Positions 7,416 to 15,742 of a DNA stretch of 50,785 bases are shown here, in pieces. The translations under genes and the position numbers were made by a program. The notes under the pieces were generated by a model. That model saw only the letters and a program-made list of their open reading frames with translations. It was not told the origin of the DNA and searched no databases. This DNA comes from a virus (lineage: Duplodnaviria > Caudoviricetes). The stretch is from IMG/VR virus record IMGVR_UViG_3300031228_000007, positions 1-50,785 of that record. One strand, written 5' to 3'. Each line of letters begins with the position of its first letter. Positions within the stretch are counted from its first letter, which is position 1.

Positions 7416-7933
7416 GCTGCCAGCGCTCCCCCGAACAGATGAGAATCGCGCCACGGCACCTCGATGCCGAAGCAGGCGAGCCCGAAGTCGAGCACGCCGG
7501 CCGCGTCCGCCTGGTGATCGTCCTCCACGTTCCAGCCGCGCGCCTGCGCCGCCTCGATCGCCATGCGCTTCAACTGCTCGCTCTTGCCGGTGCCGCGGCC
7601 GATGAAATGCTTGCGCCAGCTCTGCTGCTCGACCCGCCGGCACTCGGCGCCGATCCGGTGCGCGAACCATTCGGCCATGCCGGCCAGCGCGCACAGCATG
7701 TTGACGGTGTGGATATTCGTCTTCCCGGGCAGGATCGACGCCTCGAAGAAAAGATGGGTGATCGGCTCGATCGCCTGCACGTCCGCCAGGTGCGCGCGCA
7801 GCGCCTCGAGCGGCCGCCCGAGCTCTTCGGACTGACCCGGCAGGTGGAGCGTCGACAGGCGCGGCGCGGCGGTCCCGGAGAGCCACAGCGCCGCGCCCGT
7901 GCGACGGGCAAGATCGAGGCCGATCGCGCTCAT
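7412..7933 (-). CDS. RuvC-like Holliday junction resolvase
   Basis: IGLDLA..TG, FFEA, WRKHFIG, DDHQADAAGV acidic RNase H-fold motifs. Confidence 0.85.
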   Translation of the reverse strand: MSAIGLDLARRTGAALWLSGTAAPRLSTLHLPGQSEELGRPLEALRAHLADVQAIEPITHLFFEASILPGKTNIHTVNMLCALAGMAEWFAHRIGAECRRVEQQSWRKHFIGRGTGKSEQLKRMAIEAAQARGWNVEDDHQADAAGVLDFGLACFGIEVPWRDSHLFGGALAA

Positions 7934-8367
7934 CAGGCGGTGACGGCGTCCGGCGCCGGCGCGGTGCCGAGATGGGCCTTGGCGTCGGCCATCGCGGCGT
8001 CCTTGCCCTTGGTCTTGCCGTTCGGCTTGGCGGCCGGCTCGTCGCCGGCGCCCTCGCCAGCCGGCGTCTCGATCATCTCGAAAAGCGAGCGCTGGACGGC
8101 GACGCCGATCGCCTCGCGGGCGATGATGTAGCCCTCGTCGTAGCGTTGGCGGTCGTCCGGATCCATCTCGCGCAGGCGGATCGCGTGGTCGAGCGCCTTC
8201 TTCGGCACGCCGGCGGCATTCACCCGCTCGCGCAGCTCGGCGATGTCGGCGTTGATCGCCTTGCGGCGCTCCTTCAGGTTGACGATCTTCGGAACGGCGT
8301 CGCGGATCGTTTCCTTGGCCGCCGAAATGTTGGTCGGGCCGTCTCCGACCTTGGCCTTCTTCGCCAT
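7933..8367 (-). CDS. GapR/DUF2312-like nucleoid-associated protein
   Basis: IVNLKERRKAINADIAELRERVNAAGVPKKALDHAIRLREMDPDDR matches the GapR helical pattern. Confidence 0.75.
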   Translation of the reverse strand: MAKKAKVGDGPTNISAAKETIRDAVPKIVNLKERRKAINADIAELRERVNAAGVPKKALDHAIRLREMDPDDRQRYDEGYIIAREAIGVAVQRSLFEMIETPAGEGAGDEPAAKPNGKTKGKDAAMADAKAHLGTAPAPDAVTA

Positions 8368-8369
8368 GT

Positions 8370-8705
8370 TCAGGCTCCTTCTGCAGGCGCGAATCCCTCG
8401 CGCCGGGGGTTGGAAAGCTCCGCCGCCAGCTCGGCGACCGCGGTGTCGATCTCGGGATGGGTCAGGCGCAGGGCCTCGATGCGGCGGACGGCTTCGAGGA
8501 CGGTCGTGTGGTGGCGGCGCCCGAACTGCAGTCCGACCCGGCGGCGCGAATATCCGGTGAGGCTGCTCGCGAGATACATCGCCACCTGTCGCGGCCGGGC
8601 ATGGACGCGCTCACGGTTCGGGCCTGTCATGGCGCCCGCCGGCAGGCCGTATCGGGCGCAGACGGCGGCCTTAACCGCGGCGATGGGGAGGGGCGGCCCG
8701 TCCAT
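8370..8705 (-). CDS. DnaA C-terminal (domain IV)-like HTH protein
   Basis: RPRQVAMYLA..LTGYS..RVGLQFGRRHHTTVLEAVRRI; ATG 8705 via TGATG coupling. Confidence 0.88.
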   Translation of the reverse strand: MDGPPLPIAAVKAAVCARYGLPAGAMTGPNRERVHARPRQVAMYLASSLTGYSRRRVGLQFGRRHHTTVLEAVRRIEALRLTHPEIDTAVAELAAELSNPRREGFAPAEGA

Positions 8706-9487
8706 CAGTGCCTCAAAAACGCGATGGTGCGGTCGGAATGCCAGCACAGCGCGCAGGTAGCGCAGCAGTCCGTCTTGCCGGTCTGTGCGGGGCAAATCAG
8801 GTGCTCGGTGTCCGCAGGGCCGTCGATCACAACCGCGCCGTCAGTCGGCCCGTCGTGGCCCGAGAAGCGCATCCGCCAGCGGGTCGGGTGGACGCCGAGC
8901 AGCTCGGCGACGATGATCCCTTCCGGGCTATCCGGCGCGCGAGCGGTGTAGCCGAAGACGTGGAGCGCCGGATAACATTCCAGCGCCTCGGCCCATAGTT
9001 CGACATATGTCGGAGAGTAGAAGTCCCCGAGAATATGGAGGCGCACGACGAACCCGTCGGGATGCTGGCGCTGCTTGTCCGCAAGCTCCTCCCACAGCCG
9101 CTCCTCGAACGCGCGGCCGTGCTTGATCCGGCGAGCCCAGTTCATCGAATTGCCGTAGCAGGTGGTCCATTCGAGACAGGTTCGGGGACAGGTGGCGCGC
9201 TCCTCAAGCGTGAGGGTGAAGATCGGGAAGCCCTTCCACCGCCCCTTCGTCACGCGCCGGCCGATCTTGCGGCTGTTGTGGCCGTCGATCAGCAGCCGGG
9301 GGCAGTCGCTCTGGTCCTCGACGCGGGACGGGAACATGGTCCGCCCCTCGATCAGCGCCGGATGCGCGGCGGGAAGATGGACGCGATGGCCCTTCGGCTT
9401 GATGCTGACGAAACGCCGGAGCGCACCGCCTGACTCGTAGCGTTCGCTCGCGGTGCGATAGCGGCGGCCAGGATCGTCGCGGGCCAC
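8705..9487 (-). CDS. GP88-like Cys-rich protein (putative Fe-S/metal enzyme)
   Basis: TLEERATCPRTC.....CYG, VRLHILGDFYS, FGYT, CPAQ...CCATCALCW; GTG 9487 via TAGTG. Confidence 0.7.
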   Translation of the reverse strand: MARDDPGRRYRTASERYESGGALRRFVSIKPKGHRVHLPAAHPALIEGRTMFPSRVEDQSDCPRLLIDGHNSRKIGRRVTKGRWKGFPIFTLTLEERATCPRTCLEWTTCYGNSMNWARRIKHGRAFEERLWEELADKQRQHPDGFVVRLHILGDFYSPTYVELWAEALECYPALHVFGYTARAPDSPEGIIVAELLGVHPTRWRMRFSGHDGPTDGAVVIDGPADTEHLICPAQTGKTDCCATCALCWHSDRTIAFLRH

Positions 9488-9891
9488 TACCTCGCCCCCT
9501 CCCTCACCCGCCGCGCCCGAAACGCTCCGATGCGCAACTCGATGTCGGCAAGCTCGTCGTCCTCGGTCCGGGGCTCGGGCGGGTTGCCGTTGACCAGCGC
9601 CTCGATGCGCCGCAGCCGTTTCATCCCGCCGCACATCGCGCCGAGGTTGAGCATGGTCACGCCGTCAAGGTTGCCGTTCTCGTTTTCGGCGTTGTAGACA
9701 GTCGTTTCCGAGCAACCGAGGATTTCGGCAAGGCGCTCGTTGGTATAGCCGCGCTCCGCCTTGATCTCGCGCACTATCTGAGCGACTGCGCCCCTGTAAT
9801 CGCGGCTCGAAATGCGCCCGAAAAGCCCCGGCGACGGTTCAGAATTATGAACCTGCGCCTCAGTGTCGGCGCGAGACATTGAGCCGTGCAT
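9487..9891 (-). CDS. XRE-HTH regulator, CII-like position
   Basis: TNERLAEILGCSETTVYNAEN HTH; downstream of cro. Confidence 0.7.
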   Translation of the reverse strand: MHGSMSRADTEAQVHNSEPSPGLFGRISSRDYRGAVAQIVREIKAERGYTNERLAEILGCSETTVYNAENENGNLDGVTMLNLGAMCGGMKRLRRIEALVNGNPPEPRTEDDELADIELRIGAFRARRVREGAR

Positions 9892-10037
9892 CAGGTAGCT
9901 TTCACGATGTCATTCGAGTGTGAAGGATGATCTGTTTGCTTACTCGCGAGCCCTTTTCCGCCCGCCGTGCCGATCGCGCCCCCGATCAGCGGCGGGCGGC
10001 TTGGCGAGTGGCGGGGCGGGATGGCGGCGCGCATGGG

Positions 10038-10445
10038 TCAGGCCCCGATGGTGAGAGCGATGGTTTCGCCCTGCTTGCGGCCAACCAGCCGCGCCCATTT
10101 CATCAGGTCACCAGCGAGATCGGCCGCCTGCTGCGCCGACATGCCGAGCCAATGAACGGGAGTGCCAAAGTCGATAACGACCTTGCCGTTCTGCTCGCCA
10201 ATCGCGAACTGGATCGCGCCTTCGTCGGCGGGCGTCAGCTTGCCCTCGGGATGCGATCCGAGGGCGCCGATAAAGCCCGTCGTGTCCAAGAGACCGCGCA
10301 TCAACTTCTGGCGGCTCTGGATTTTCTCCATCATCTCCGCCTTCCCTTGCTCGCTCTCGGCATCCGCCATTTTTGTCTTCTCCTCGAAAGCCTTCCGGAA
10401 AGCCTCCGGGTCGCCGTCAAACGGCTGGTCGCTGTGGTGTCCCAT
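10038..10445 (-). CDS. Hypothetical protein
   Basis: 135 aa, AAGGA RBS; GKLTPADEGAIQFAIGEQNGKVVIDFGTPVHWLGM. Confidence 0.8.
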   Translation of the reverse strand: MGHHSDQPFDGDPEAFRKAFEEKTKMADAESEQGKAEMMEKIQSRQKLMRGLLDTTGFIGALGSHPEGKLTPADEGAIQFAIGEQNGKVVIDFGTPVHWLGMSAQQAADLAGDLMKWARLVGRKQGETIALTIGA

Positions 10446-10448
10446 GTT

Positions 10449-10676
10449 TCAGTTCCTTCCATTGATGTTGCGGGGGATGATCGACAGGTCGGAGAGGCCG
10501 GGCGGCTTGAGACGGCGGCCGGTGGAGTCGGTGATTGCTCCGGTCCAAGGCCAATCGCCCTCAACCTCGTAGTTCGCCGCCTCGTCACGCTTGCGGCGCG
10601 CTGTCTCGTCAAAGGCTATGCGAACAGCCATGATGAGCAGGCCGGCGAGGATGACGTAGGGGATGAGGTGGGTCAT
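10449..10676 (-). CDS. Small protein with N-terminal TM helix
   Basis: 75 aa; LIPYVILAGLLIMAVRIAF. Confidence 0.65.
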   Translation of the reverse strand: MTHLIPYVILAGLLIMAVRIAFDETARRKRDEAANYEVEGDWPWTGAITDSTGRRLKPPGLSDLSIIPRNINGRN

Positions 10677-11456
10677 TCAGGCGGCCTTCTCGACAAAGAG
10701 GGAGCCTTGCCTTTGCGCGTCCTCGATGCGGCGGCAGGCAATGTCGAAGTAGCCGGGGTCACGCTCGATCCCGATGAACGAGCGATGGAGTTGGGAGGCA
10801 GCGATTCCTGTCGTGCCTACACCCATGAAAGGGTCGATCACCGTTTCGTCGGTGCAGGCGTTCAGGGCGCGCAATGGAAGCGCGAGAGGAAAACTGGCAG
10901 TGTGTTCGGCGTCTGCCGTCGGCGGGATGCGCCACACGTCGCCGAGCATGGATGCGGCCTTGTCTCGCAGCGACCATGCGGGCTTCGCGTAGAGCAGTAT
11001 CCATTCGCACATCGGGGCGAACGCGCCCGACATTGCGTTGAACCCGCTCGCGCGATCCCAGATGATGACCTGCCGCAGCGGAAGATCAGCGAAGAACGGG
11101 AGCCGGAGCGCACGCTTCACCACGCGGGGCTTGTGGTTGTAGAAGATCGCGCCACTGCAAATCCGCCAGAGCTGATTCAGCGTCTGTCTCTGCCACTCGC
11201 AATACTCGGGATAGGGCAGGTTATCAGCATATTCGCCGTAGCCGTTGCGAAGCTTGTCTTGCCCCCATTTGCTGCCAGAGTGACCGACGCGGAGCCCGCC
11301 CTTGTCCTCCATGCCTTCCCCGAGGTTGTAGGGCGGCGAGGTTACGCAGACGCCGGCGGAATTGTCCGCGAGCGTTGGCAGAATGTCGCGGCAATCCCCA
11401 AGATAGAGCGTAGCGCGGCCGATGTGCTCGACGCGCCCATCCTTGCCCCCGCTCAC
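10677..11456 (-). CDS. N4C/N6A DNA methyltransferase (beta class, orphan)
   Basis: Motif IV TSPPY precedes motif I DPFMGVGTT; HTASFP; FIGIERDPGYF. Confidence 0.93.
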   Translation of the reverse strand: MSGGKDGRVEHIGRATLYLGDCRDILPTLADNSAGVCVTSPPYNLGEGMEDKGGLRVGHSGSKWGQDKLRNGYGEYADNLPYPEYCEWQRQTLNQLWRICSGAIFYNHKPRVVKRALRLPFFADLPLRQVIIWDRASGFNAMSGAFAPMCEWILLYAKPAWSLRDKAASMLGDVWRIPPTADAEHTASFPLALPLRALNACTDETVIDPFMGVGTTGIAASQLHRSFIGIERDPGYFDIACRRIEDAQRQGSLFVEKAA

Positions 11457-11542
11457 GCCGCACCGCCCGCAGAATTATTTCCGGCGCTTCGACAGAATCG
11501 CGCGCCAGCCGGGACTATGGCGTATGCGGGCGGGAGTAGCGG

Positions 11543-11746
11543 GTGCCCACAAGGCCGTTTCTCGACGAAATACCGACCTACGCCATCAGCGACGGGATCA
11601 TGTTCATCACCGCCGGGGAGTTTAAGCTCGCAATGCCCCTGCGGAAGTTCCGGCTCGGCATGGCTAGAGCGGCGAAGGTTATTGCCGAGCATGATGCGCG
11701 GGGCGTTGTCGTGTCGCTCGCAAAAAGGCGGAGGCCGAAGCATTAG
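11543..11746 (+). CDS. 67-aa hypothetical protein antisense to the early-left operon
   Basis: GGGAG RBS before GTG; protein-like FLDEIPTYAISDGIMFITAGEFKLAMPLRKF; convergent with cro. Confidence 0.55.
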   Translation: MPTRPFLDEIPTYAISDGIMFITAGEFKLAMPLRKFRLGMARAAKVIAEHDARGVVVSLAKRRRPKH

Positions 11747-11958
11747 GCGGCCGCCTTGCGCGCTGCCGCTACGTCCTCGTTCAGCGAGGCCGCATCAACG
11801 AGCCCCTTCGAATGTGCCTCAATAGCGAGCGCGACCTTGGCCGAGCACCTATTGGAATCTTCAATGTCGCAGATGAAGCCCTTGCTTTTGAAGCCGAGCA
11901 CGGAAGCAAACTGTTCCTGGGTGAGCGCAAGATGCTTGCGATAGTCGACGATCCGCAT
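11743..11958 (-). CDS. Cro-like repressor
   Basis: 71 aa, LTQEQFASVLGFKSKGFICDIE HTH and ALAIEAHSKGLV motif; divergent from cI-like gene. Confidence 0.85.
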   Translation of the reverse strand: MRIVDYRKHLALTQEQFASVLGFKSKGFICDIEDSNRCSAKVALAIEAHSKGLVDAASLNEDVAAARKAAA

Positions 11959-11968
11959 GGCGCTGGTT

Positions 11969-11985
11969 GTTCGCACATAACGAAC
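11969..11985. promoter_or_regulatory. Operator OR-like palindrome GTTCG-N7-CGAAC within leftward promoter
   Basis: GTTCGCACATAACGAAC; half site TTGTTCGCAC at 12002-12011; sits between TTGCGC and GAACAA boxes upstream of cro. Confidence 0.8.
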
Positions 11986-12054
11986 TTCGGCGCAAGCCCC
12001 CTTGTTCGCACGGGCCGTGCCGACTTTCAGCGCCGGCTGCCGCACAATGCGGGC

Positions 12055-12381
12055 ATGGCACGACGCGGCATCCCGAAAGAGCCTTCCTTCTGGTATCTAC
12101 GCGAGTGGATGGCGGCCAAGGGCATGAAGGGACGCGGAGCGCAGGCGAAGATGCGCGAACTCACCGGCTGGCCGAGGGCCACGATGAGCGACCTCTACAA
12201 CCACAGGCAGGACTTCTCTCCGAAGATACTCAAAGAGGCAGCGGAGGCGCTAGGCGTAGAGCCCTACGAGCTGCTCATGCATCCAGACCATGCGATGGCG
12301 CTCCTCCGCCTGCGCAAAGACGCACTCACCATTGTAGAGTCCAGCGCGCCTCTTGATGAGCGGACCGGCACGACCGGCTGA
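12055..12381 (+). CDS. CI-like XRE repressor (no S24 peptidase domain)
   Basis: 108 aa; WYLREWM...QAKMRELTGWPRATMSDLYN...AAEALGVEPYELL; flanked by operators. Confidence 0.85.
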   Translation: MARRGIPKEPSFWYLREWMAAKGMKGRGAQAKMRELTGWPRATMSDLYNHRQDFSPKILKEAAEALGVEPYELLMHPDHAMALLRLRKDALTIVESSAPLDERTGTTG

Positions 12382-12432
12382 ACCGCCCATTCCCTGACGA
12401 TTCCTGACTGACAGATCGGCACCCGAATAAAA

Positions 12433-12483
12433 GTTCGGGGCGTGCGAACTTTGCTATTGCACGGAAGTTCGTTATGTGCGAAC
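12433..12483. promoter_or_regulatory. Two OL-like operators GTTCG-N7-CGAAC and rightward promoter
   Basis: GTTCGGGGCGTGCGAAC (12433-12449) and GTTCGTTATGTGCGAAC (12467-12483); 12464-12485 is the exact reverse complement of 11967-11988. Confidence 0.82.
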
Positions 12484-12491
12484 AAGACCGC

Positions 12492-13439
12492 ATGGACAAG
12501 GTTCACCGGCTCTTTGGCGACCAGCCCTCGCCCCCCACGGAAGCCCGCGTTCGCGAGATCGTGCGCGATGAAATAGAATGGGCGTTGAAGCTGGCAGCGC
12601 CCCCGTCCGGCGTTACCCCTGCCGCCGCGCGCCGCGCCACCCGCGATGCCGAGATGGCCGCTGACTTTGAGGGCGGCCTCACCATGTCAGCAATCGCCGC
12701 GAAACACGGGTGCTGCGTCAGCACCGTTTCGAGCGCGCTGAAGCGGGTCGTCCCGTTGCGGCCACTACCCGAAATCCCGGTCCGCGATCCCAACGCGCCG
12801 TCACCGACCTTGGCGCGGCGGCTGGCCCGTTTTCAGGAAATCGCCGAAACTTATCAGTCCGGCCTCTCGCTCGAAAACACAGCGCAGAAGCACGGCTGCA
12901 CCATCGGCACCGTTAGGAACGCGCTCCGCACGCTCGGCATCGAGGCCCGGCCGCCGGGTGAAGCGCAGAAGATTGGAATGAGCCACCGCGACGACGAACG
13001 GTTCACGCGCATGAAGGCGATGCGTGACGAAGGCGCGACGCTTGAGAAAATTGCGACCGAGTTCGGCATCACGCGAGAGCGCGTCCGGCAGATCATGAAC
13101 AAGCGCGGCGTAGACACGACCAAGCGCCCGCCGACCCCCGAAGAAAGGGCGGCGGTTGAAGCCTACGTCGCTGGCGAGAATCTTGAAGTCGCCGCTTCGC
13201 GCGTCGGCATCTGCGACGCGGCGTTCAAGAACCTCGTGACGCGGTGCGGGCACGCGGTGAGAAAGCGCGAGCGGGCAACCACCGTCCGCTTCAACGAGCG
13301 CGCCAAGCGGTGTGCCGCTCTCCGCGCCGAGGGCAAAAGCGCCGAGGAAATTGCGTCGATCATGGGGATCAAGCACCGCGAGTACGTCTACAAATTTCTC
13401 AGCCGCGCCAAGGGCCTCGCCGAGCGCGAACAGACCTAA
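12492..13439 (+). CDS. Protein with five tandem HTH motifs (sigma70 region 4/Mor-like)
   Basis: GLTMSAIAAKHGC, GLSLENTAQKHGC, GATLEKIATEFGITRERVRQI, GENLEVAASRVGI, GKSAEEIASIMGI. Confidence 0.8.
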   Translation: MDKVHRLFGDQPSPPTEARVREIVRDEIEWALKLAAPPSGVTPAAARRATRDAEMAADFEGGLTMSAIAAKHGCCVSTVSSALKRVVPLRPLPEIPVRDPNAPSPTLARRLARFQEIAETYQSGLSLENTAQKHGCTIGTVRNALRTLGIEARPPGEAQKIGMSHRDDERFTRMKAMRDEGATLEKIATEFGITRERVRQIMNKRGVDTTKRPPTPEERAAVEAYVAGENLEVAASRVGICDAAFKNLVTRCGHAVRKRERATTVRFNERAKRCAALRAEGKSAEEIASIMGIKHREYVYKFLSRAKGLAEREQT

Positions 13440-13445
13440 CCCCCA

Positions 13446-13473
13446 GAGGGCGGCGTTCCCCCGCGCCGCCCTC
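13446..13473 (+). terminator. Strong 10-bp hairpin after first rightward gene (attenuator/terminator candidate)
   Basis: GAGGGCGGCG-TTCCCCCG-CGCCGCCCTC; no U-tract. Confidence 0.4.
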
Positions 13474-13492
13474 GCCCAACGAGGAAGTGAGT

Positions 13493-13762
13493 ATGAGCGA
13501 TAGGACCGACGAACAGCCCCGCGCGCACATAATTGTCGTCTCGCGTGACGGATCGTGTCGCGACATGGACTCGGGACAGGCGGGCTTGGTTTTCAAGCCC
13601 ACGGACATGCTCGACACCTACCCGCTGCCGGTTCGCGCACGGACGCATGACGAGGCGCGAGCCATCGCTGCCGAATGGGCCGCGCTCGGCGATCTGGACG
13701 ACGTTGGCGATCTGATGATCGGTCACAATCGATCCACCTGTTGGTTGGAGCGCATCACATGA
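13493..13762 (+). CDS. Hypothetical protein
   Basis: GAGG RBS, MSDRTDEQPRAHIIVVS..., 89 aa. Confidence 0.65.
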   Translation: MSDRTDEQPRAHIIVVSRDGSCRDMDSGQAGLVFKPTDMLDTYPLPVRARTHDEARAIAAEWAALGDLDDVGDLMIGHNRSTCWLERIT

Positions 13763-13783
13763 CCCGCGCTGCCGAAGGGAATT

Positions 13784-14164
13784 ATGCAGATGACTCCAGA
13801 TAACCACGAAACGCCGCCACGCTATAAGTGGGTGGTCTACGGCAACAACCCCGACATGTCGCGTTGCGATCGCGGCATCTTCGGCCCGTTCTCAGAGCGG
13901 GAGAGGGCGGAGGCCTTCGCCAAGACGCTACCCCACGGCGGCACCGTCAACTGGGAATTGATCCGCAGGCGACACGTTGCGTGTGTGATCGATCCCGCGC
14001 GCGACGGGGCGGCTCTGATAGAGGCGCTAAAGCCGTTCGCCAGAATCCCGCTCTGCCACCCACGTCGCGGATCACAGCCGCAACAGGCTGAGTTGGATGT
14101 GCCCGCTCCGGGCGGGGCATACACGGCGGCCGACGTGGTGCGCGCTCGAAAGCTGCTCCCATGA
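13784..14164 (+). CDS. Hypothetical protein
   Basis: AAGGGA RBS; ATGA-coupled to next gene. Confidence 0.7.
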   Translation: MQMTPDNHETPPRYKWVVYGNNPDMSRCDRGIFGPFSERERAEAFAKTLPHGGTVNWELIRRRHVACVIDPARDGAALIEALKPFARIPLCHPRRGSQPQQAELDVPAPGGAYTAADVVRARKLLP

Positions 14165-14379
14165 GCAAGGCTCGGGAACTGCTCGCGCAGGCCGCTAGCG
14201 AGCTTGGCTACGCAGCCGACGCACAGGTTCTTCGGAAAGGTGGCGGCGCCTTCATTCAGGTGAGCGCAGCCCTTCGTGCCATTGAGTTTGCCCTGAGCGA
14301 CACGCGAGCCGAACGCACCGCCCCGGACAACCGCGATGGCCTGAAAGCCGCCCGCCGCGCAATCGAACGAGGATCGTGA
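14161..14379 (+). CDS. Hypothetical protein
   Basis: 72 aa, coupled on both sides. Confidence 0.65.
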   Translation: MSKARELLAQAASELGYAADAQVLRKGGGAFIQVSAALRAIEFALSDTRAERTAPDNRDGLKAARRAIERGS

Positions 14380-14801
14380 CCATGCCATCCGAACAGACCC
14401 GCGATGAGCCTGCGTGGACGAAGGGGCCGTGGTCGGTTTCCACCATAGTGCCTACTCTCGTTGTCGCCGACGCGGGCGAAGACCCGGACCATCCTGGCGA
14501 GGGGCTAGTCGTCAATGTCGCGATCACGCATATCGCCCACGGCTGCATCGTCACTCAGGAAGAGAAGGCCAACGCCACACTGATCGCAGCGAGCCCGTGC
14601 ATGTACGATGCGCTGGCGGATGCACGCACGGCCTTGGAACACGCCGCCAGCACCTTCTACCGCTACGCCAAGCTGCATCGCGCCAAGGGCACCGACGAAG
14701 GCGACAAGAAAGCCTGCGCCAACGCCAGCCACGGCGAAGAAATGCGGGCCGCTATTTCCACCATCGACGACGTACAGGCACGCGCACGGGGGACGGTATG
14801 A
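14376..14801 (+). CDS. Hypothetical phage protein (WTKGPW...ANATLIAASP family)
   Basis: Common phage motif T.GPW ... ANA.LIAAAP. Confidence 0.75.
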   Translation: MTMPSEQTRDEPAWTKGPWSVSTIVPTLVVADAGEDPDHPGEGLVVNVAITHIAHGCIVTQEEKANATLIAASPCMYDALADARTALEHAASTFYRYAKLHRAKGTDEGDKKACANASHGEEMRAAISTIDDVQARARGTV

Positions 14802-15067
14802 GCGCCCTCCCGTCCTTCACCCTCTCCACCGCCGCCGCCATCATCCGCGCCCGCCTCGCCGCGAACGCCGCGGCGAATGTGGACCGGATCGCCCGGATCA
14901 CGCTCGACGCGCTTTCGGCCAGGCTGCAGCGGTATCTCGCGGCCGCAGAGAGCCCGCAGACCGTCGATCGGTACTTCGGCGCCAACTGGATGGGCCCCGC
15001 GCTCGCCAGCCTTCTCGACCAGTGCGAGGCGGCGGTGCGGATGGGCGCGATGGAGGATGCGGCGTGA
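14798..15067 (+). CDS. Hypothetical protein
   Basis: ATGA-coupled; MSALPSFTLSTAAAII...MEDAA. Confidence 0.65.
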   Translation: MSALPSFTLSTAAAIIRARLAANAAANVDRIARITLDALSARLQRYLAAAESPQTVDRYFGANWMGPALASLLDQCEAAVRMGAMEDAA

Positions 15068-15240
15068 AGAGGACAATCTACCGACATGATGAGCGAACCC
15101 CGCGCGACGGCCTGCCCTATTACTGCGCGATCTGCGGCCTCGGCTTTGGTGAATATCTGGCTTGCGAGGAAGCCGGCTGCAGGCTGGAGAGCATCAGGGA
15201 CGCCGAGACGCGCATCGCTGAGGACTCCGAACATGCGTGA
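15064..15240 (+). CDS. Small Cys-containing protein
   Basis: GTGA-coupled, GGAGG RBS; YYCAICG...CEEAGC. Confidence 0.6.
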   Translation: MKRTIYRHDERTPRDGLPYYCAICGLGFGEYLACEEAGCRLESIRDAETRIAEDSEHA

Positions 15241-15439
15241 CTTCGGCCCCCAATTCCCCCCGATCGACCCGCCGACCCTCGGGCCGCGCTACGTCGACAT
15301 GCACCTGCTCGACCGCCCGCTCGCACCCGAGCCGTTCGACCGTCGGCGCGCATATCTGATCGCGGCTGCGGAGGCGGTGTTCATCCTGGTTGTCGTGCCG
15401 GCGCTGGTGGTGGGCGGGTTGGCGGTGTTGCCGTCGTGA
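15233..15439 (+). CDS. Small protein with C-terminal TM helix
   Basis: GAGG RBS; MRDFGPQF...AVFILVVVPALVVGGLAVL. Confidence 0.6.
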   Translation: MRDFGPQFPPIDPPTLGPRYVDMHLLDRPLAPEPFDRRRAYLIAAAEAVFILVVVPALVVGGLAVLPS

Positions 15440-15657
15440 CCCTGAGCCCCTGCGAACAGAGCGCCATCGCCTCGTTGAAGCGCCTCGCCACGCGCTGGCC
15501 GCCCTCCCTGATGCTGTTCTCATGGTCCGGCACCCTGTGCGTCGTGAAGCTGAATGAGGACGGTCAGTGGGAAGGTATGGACCGGCACCAAGTGGATCGG
15601 GATGCGATTGTCGAGACGATCCGCGGCATCCGCAACGACGGAGGCGATCCGACATGA
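15436..15657 (+). CDS. Hypothetical protein
   Basis: 73 aa, LKRLATRWPPSLMLFSWSGTLCV...IRNDGGD. Confidence 0.7.
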   Translation: MTLSPCEQSAIASLKRLATRWPPSLMLFSWSGTLCVVKLNEDGQWEGMDRHQVDRDAIVETIRGIRNDGGDPT

Positions 15658-15742
15658 ACACCCTAACCCTCTCCCCCCGCCCCGCCGTCGCGTCCCGCTA
15701 CAGCCGCTACGCCTACGAGTCTTCGACGTGAAAGGAACCGCC

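Noticed and set aside
9927-11825. 632-aa plus-strand ORF
   Set aside because: Spans several well-supported minus-strand genes; not protein-like.
11969-12483. GTTC/GAAC motifs as LexA boxes
   Set aside because: They are inverted GTTC-N9-GAAC, not the alphaproteobacterial direct repeat GTTC-N7-GTTC; better explained as phage operators.
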